NCBI GenBank assembly: GCA_965204575.1
Contig: OZ241993.1
Location: 352,001 to 416,000, forward strand
Reading direction: 5' to 3'
Length of the DNA: 64,000 nt
Origin: an uncultured candidatus Porisulfidus sp.
Lineage (GTDB): Bacteria; Pseudomonadota; Gammaproteobacteria; Poriferisulfidales; Poriferisulfidaceae
The notes under the pieces were generated by a model. The model was not told the origin of the DNA. It did not search any database and saw nothing but the letters and a program-made list of their open reading frames with translations. A program made the translations under genes and the position numbers. The stretch's first letter is position 1. Each line of letters starts with the position of its first letter. Shown one piece after another: positions 59,879 through 64,000 of the stretch.

Positions 59879-60643
59879 CTACCTTGAGCCGCACCAGTAT
59901 CGTCCGACATCCTCCGCATACAGAGGCCAGCAATGGACTCTCTGAGGGTTGAAGTCCCCGTAGTTACTGGGGTGGAAGGTATGAAGCCAAAGGAATGTCT
60001 TTCCGTCCGGCTCGAGTTCGATAAGGCCTTTTTCGTAGTAAGCATCCCGTTTGAACCGACGACGATCGCTTTTCACGGTCCGCTTGACATGCCCTCGGAC
60101 ATCGAAACTACGGCGCAGGTTCTCCTTCGCCCAACCGCCTTGCGTCACGCAGACATCCGGCTTCAGAACGTGTAATTCTCCAGGAAGGAAGCGGCGGCAG
60201 TTCTCGAACAGGATAGAGTCGGCCTGCTTGTTTCCCCCCTTGTTCGAGCAGCACTTCGCGCTGTTCACGTGTGCGAAGTGGAGACGCGTGTCCGCAACCG
60301 TGAGATGCGGCTCGAACTGGCGGAGTAACTCCCTTGCCATTTCATGGGTGCGGTACCAATGGCGGTTCTTCGGAAGTGCCGCCACGTCGCATTCAAGAGC
60401 CCGCCTGCGGACGGCTTCGCCAGTGCGTTGTTGCGGATCCGGGCTGCCTCTGCCGGAGTCCAGCGAGAGAAAAAGCAAGCGCGGGAGCGTTCTCTCTTCC
60501 TCTTCATAGCGTGGACCCACGAAACTCGCCTTGGCTTCCGTGAATTGCGGGGCTTTTGCCGAGCATTCCTCACGCCAAGGACAGCGAAAGCCGATCGATG
60601 ATATTCCATGCGAATCATAGAACGCGGCAAGCTTTTCAAGCAT
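59879..60643 (-). CDS. Uracil-DNA glycosylase superfamily protein
   Basis: LLFLSLD, HVNSAKCC, NCRRFL..EL..LKPDVCVTQG, HTFHPS. Confidence 0.65.
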   Translation of the reverse strand: MLEKLAAFYDSHGISSIGFRCPWREECSAKAPQFTEAKASFVGPRYEEEERTLPRLLFLSLDSGRGSPDPQQRTGEAVRRRALECDVAALPKNRHWYRTHEMARELLRQFEPHLTVADTRLHFAHVNSAKCCSNKGGNKQADSILFENCRRFLPGELHVLKPDVCVTQGGWAKENLRRSFDVRGHVKRTVKSDRRRFKRDAYYEKGLIELEPDGKTFLWLHTFHPSNYGDFNPQRVHCWPLYAEDVGRYWCGSR

Positions 60644-60716
60644 GTGAATCCCCCCACGTGCAGGCGTGAACCATGGTGCTGCCGGGATCAGGACAAGAAT
60701 CAGGAGCAAAAGGCCC

Positions 60717-61060
60717 CTATTTATTGTAAGCACTATAGTACTGCTTCTTGGCCCCGAACACCCCCACGTCGTAGGCACCCCCGGAAAAGTACTCGAAGGT
60801 TCCCGCCGTTTCCTCGTGGCTCGACCCATAGAACGCGCCGCGAAGGCTCATGCCCGAAGCCATGTCCGACCCACTGAACCGGCCAGAGTTGTTGCTGTCC
60901 AGACTCAGTTCGTTGGGCCTGAAGGAAATGTCCGACGGGCTGACGGAACTTCCATCGTCCAAGAAAAACCATTTCTCGATTGAAACCAGCAGATCCGGCT
61001 CATTGTCAGTGCCCAATCCGTATGCCCCGTCGGGTGCGACACGGATGTCGAGCCTCGGAC
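60717..61060 (-). pseudogene. Remnant C-terminal beta-barrel of a TbpB-like surface protein
   Basis: LRGAFYGSSHEETAGTF...GVFGAKK matches the TbpB-like barrel end; no N-terminus or signal peptide. Confidence 0.55.
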
Positions 61061-61064
61061 CGGT

Positions 61065-61616
61065 TCAATCTTCCTCGGGGCAGGACGCCCCTTGCCAAAA
61101 TCGTTCCGGCTCCCCCTTTTCCTTGGCCAGCGTCCGTGCCAGAACAAACAACAGGTCCGACAATCGGTTCAGGTAGACTCGCACCGTTTCCGGCAAATCA
61201 TCCAGCACGACAACCCGCCGTTCGGCACGCCGGCAAACCGCGCGCGCCACGTGGCATTGCGCCGCCTCGACGCCCCCGCCCGGAAGGACAAATTCCTCAA
61301 GCGGCGGCAACGCGGCATTCAATTCCTCGGTCCAGCGTTCCAATTGGGCTGATTTCTCTTCGCCTTTCCAATCCAACTTCCCCTGCGCAATGGTTGCGCC
61401 CAAGTCGAACAAGTCCTGCTGCACCTCTTCGACCTGCCGGCAGGCCTCCATGCCTGACGCCAAGGCCAGCAATAGCCCCAGCTGGCAGTTGAGTTCATCG
61501 ACTGCCCCCAATGCTTCGACTCGTGGATCGTCTTTAGACAGTCGGGCGCCTCCTGCAAGGCCCGTCGTCCCATCGTCCCCGCTTCGGGTTGTCACACGCG
61601 AGATGCGGTAAGCCAT
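61065..61616 (-). CDS. Cob(I)alamin adenosyltransferase (PduO type)
   Basis: TTRSGDDGTTGL, GAVDELN, FVLPGG, RAVCRRAER, YLNRLSDLLFVLAR. Confidence 0.93.
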   Translation of the reverse strand: MAYRISRVTTRSGDDGTTGLAGGARLSKDDPRVEALGAVDELNCQLGLLLALASGMEACRQVEEVQQDLFDLGATIAQGKLDWKGEEKSAQLERWTEELNAALPPLEEFVLPGGGVEAAQCHVARAVCRRAERRVVVLDDLPETVRVYLNRLSDLLFVLARTLAKEKGEPERFWQGASCPEED

Positions 61617-61624
61617 GTCGCACC

Positions 61625-62149
61625 CTATCGGAAGCCATCCAAAACGGCAATGACGTCCTGGGCATGCCCTCTTACGGGCACCGTCCTCCAGATGTGGCGG
61701 ATGATGCCTTCCGGGTCGATCAGGAAGGTCTGGCGCTTGGCGTACGACATGCCCAGCATCCCGCTGTGCGCACCGTAGCGCTCGGCGACCCTTCCTTCCG
61801 GGTCCGATAGTAGCGTGAACGGCAGGCTGTATTTGTCGATGAATTTCTGGTGGTTGTTCGCGTTGTCTATGCTGATTCCGACCACCTTGGCATTCCGCTC
61901 GTGGAACGGCGCGATCTCGTCCCGAAATGCGCAGGCTTCCATGATGCAGCCCGGCGTATTGTCTTTCGGGTAGAAGTACAGCACCAGCCACTGCCCGTAA
62001 TAATCCGAAAGATGGTGGGGCGCCTTGTTCTCATCGGTCAAGGTGAAGCCGGGAGCCGGCATGCCTACGTCCAAGGATACGGGGCTTGGCGGTGTGCTCA
62101 ACCCCAGCATCGCCAGGCTCCGGCGGAATCCCGACAGGAAGTCGCTCAT
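61625..62149 (-). CDS. bcp: Peroxiredoxin (BCP/PrxQ)
   Basis: LYFYPKDNTPGCIMEACAFRD, RQTFLIDPEG. Confidence 0.9.
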   Translation of the reverse strand: MSDFLSGFRRSLAMLGLSTPPSPVSLDVGMPAPGFTLTDENKAPHHLSDYYGQWLVLYFYPKDNTPGCIMEACAFRDEIAPFHERNAKVVGISIDNANNHQKFIDKYSLPFTLLSDPEGRVAERYGAHSGMLGMSYAKRQTFLIDPEGIIRHIWRTVPVRGHAQDVIAVLDGFR

Positions 62150-62222
62150 TGGGGCACCTTCCCCATCCGTCCCGCCACACGGCAACGCGGCTGCCGGAAA
62201 TTTTCGAGCCGGAAGCGAGAGA

Positions 62223-63623
62223 TCACGGTGCGGCAATATCCCCGCCGGTCTGGAACCAGCGGAGCTGTTCGCGCAAGCGGACGACCTCGCCGACCACGAT
62301 GAGGGTGGGCGGTTCAACATTCTGTGATTGCACCAGTTGCGGGAGATCCTCCAGAGTGCCGGTGAGCACCCGCTGCTCCGGAGTGGTGCCCCGGGTAATC
62401 AGCGCAGCCGGAGTGCCGGCGTCCAAGCCGTGCTGCACCAACTGCCTGCAGATTTCCGGGCAGCCAGCCAAGCCCATGTAGAACACCAGCGTCTGGCGCG
62501 GGTGCGCCAGCATGTCCCAGTTAAGGTCGACGCTCCCGTCCTTGAGGTGTCCGGTCACGAAAATGCAGGCCTGCGCGTAATCGCGGTGGGTCAGTGGAAT
62601 GCCCGCGTAACTGGCACAACCGTTGGCAGCGGTGATGCCGGGGACAATCTGGAACGCGATGCCTTCTTCCATCAAGGTCGCGATTTCCTCGCCCCCGCGA
62701 CCGAACACCAGCGGGTCGCCCCCCTTCAGGCGCAGGACCCGCTTGCCTTCCCGGGCAAGACGAACCAGCAGGGCGTTGATCGATTCCTGCTCGATCGTGT
62801 GCTGGGCGCGCTCCTTGCCTGCGTAGATCTTCTCGATGTCTTTCCGCAGCAGGGCCATGATCGGATCCGACACCAGCCGATCGTAAACCACCACGTCGGC
62901 CTGCTGGATGAGACGCAGCGCGCGAAACGTCAGGAGATCCGGGTCGCCAGGCCCCGCGCCGACCAGGTAGACTTCCCCGGTGCCCGGCACCTGTCCGCGC
63001 TCCAATTCCTGCCTCAGGGTTTCGTCCGCTTCCGCCTCGCGACCGTCCAGCACCTGCTCGGCAATTGGCCCGGTCAGGACCGCTTCCCAGAAGCGGCGGC
63101 GCAACCGGCGTTCGGGGAATTTCTCCCGCGCTGCGCCCCGGAACCTCTCGACCAGTGCCGCCAGTCTCCCGAACGCGCCGGGAATGCGGCTTTCCAAGTG
63201 GTTTCGCAACAGCCGCCCGAGCACCGGCGAAGCGCCGTCGGTGCAGATCGCGACCTGAATCGGGTCCCGGTGAATCACCGACGGCAGCAGCACGTCCCCG
63301 GCATCGGCTTTATGGGCGGCATTGACCAAGAGACCCCGCCCCCGTGCTTCCTCTGCGATCCTGTCGTTCAGCGCCGCATCGCTGCTGGCAACCACAACCA
63401 GGAAGACCCCCTCCAGGTCCTCTTCCTGGAAGTCCCGGGCCTGATAATCGATGCGGCCCGCCTCGGCATGGTCGCGCACCGAGTCGACGGCTTCGGGGGC
63501 GACCACCCGGACCGGCGCACCCGCGCGCACCAGTGCTTCGATCTTCCGCGCAGCGACCGGTCCCGCTCCGACCACCAGGCAACGGCGATCCGCAACATTG
63601 GCGAACAGGGCGAGCGAAGCCAT
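62223..63623 (-). CDS. cysG: Siroheme synthase
   Basis: VVGAGPVAARK, VYLVGAGPGDPDLLT, RLKGGDP..FGRGGEE, GIPLTHR. Confidence 0.96.
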   Translation of the reverse strand: MASLALFANVADRRCLVVGAGPVAARKIEALVRAGAPVRVVAPEAVDSVRDHAEAGRIDYQARDFQEEDLEGVFLVVVASSDAALNDRIAEEARGRGLLVNAAHKADAGDVLLPSVIHRDPIQVAICTDGASPVLGRLLRNHLESRIPGAFGRLAALVERFRGAAREKFPERRLRRRFWEAVLTGPIAEQVLDGREAEADETLRQELERGQVPGTGEVYLVGAGPGDPDLLTFRALRLIQQADVVVYDRLVSDPIMALLRKDIEKIYAGKERAQHTIEQESINALLVRLAREGKRVLRLKGGDPLVFGRGGEEIATLMEEGIAFQIVPGITAANGCASYAGIPLTHRDYAQACIFVTGHLKDGSVDLNWDMLAHPRQTLVFYMGLAGCPEICRQLVQHGLDAGTPAALITRGTTPEQRVLTGTLEDLPQLVQSQNVEPPTLIVVGEVVRLREQLRWFQTGGDIAAP

Positions 63624-63790
63624 ATCTTCTTATGATGGAGTTGGAGTAAAATTAGTCTTATTATCAACCTAAAAAGAATCTTTTGAAGCCATGTTTCGAT
63701 TGATCGCGGTCCTGATCGGCCTTGCCATCCTTGCCTCGGCCATCTACTTTGCGCTGGTCGGCTAGAAGCCGAAACAACAGGACACGCAAA

Positions 63791-63830
63791 GTAGGCGGGC
63801 ATCACCTGCTTGAGGTGATGTCCGCTTTAC
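63791..63830. repeat. Intergenic hairpin upstream of cysG
   Basis: GTAGGCGGGCATCACC-TGCTTGA-GGTGATGTCCGCTTTAC. Confidence 0.6.
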
Positions 63831-64000
63831 ACATTCTGCTTGAACCCTAAAATCATTGTTTCATTAAGAATGGGACGAAACTCTCCTACGGTTTCTGTCG
63901 TGCCCATGCCATTCTCGAACGCAGGAGAACAGCATGACTGCACGAAAAATTCGAGACGCAGAAACACCACCCACCTCGACAGAAGAAACCGGAACATTTG

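Noticed and set aside
63934-64000. ORF start after an AGGAG Shine-Dalgarno at the window end
   Set aside because: Only about 22 codons are visible, so it cannot be identified

Overview
A 64-kb stretch of a high-GC gammaproteobacterial chromosome; the taxonomic call is inferred from gene content and synteny. The backbone is housekeeping: glnE-ilvE-hldE-waaF, glyQS-gmhB-plsC, aroK/aroB-dgt, mrcA, hemE-gltD, rpsU-tsaD, rpiA, cca-uppP-folM/K/B, tupBCA, a polyamine-type ABC operon, pduO-bcp-cysG and two tRNA-Leu genes. Accessory DNA is interspersed. It includes a type I restriction-modification operon, two solo tnpB (IS200/IS605-like) elements, an ISL3 with an 8-bp target-site duplication, several toxin-antitoxin modules, an AAA-ATPase/RloB pair and a UDG-superfamily gene. 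Two observations stand out. (1) HsdR carries a C-terminal Schlafen/AlbA_2 domain with the catalytic-type E-x4-E-x-K motif. The same operon holds an orphan AbiEi, a GrlR-like gene and a DUF6680-like gene, and it abuts glyQ. This is a candidate restriction-coupled tRNA-nuclease defence system. (2) Both tnpB elements lie co-oriented at the translation-initiation region of a host gene (glyS, potA). In each case the tnpB stop sits at or next to the host start and apparently supplies a new initiation signal. The two also share a covarying omegaRNA-like 3' structure and an unusual protein insertion. All family calls come from motif recognition by eye; no database search was run.
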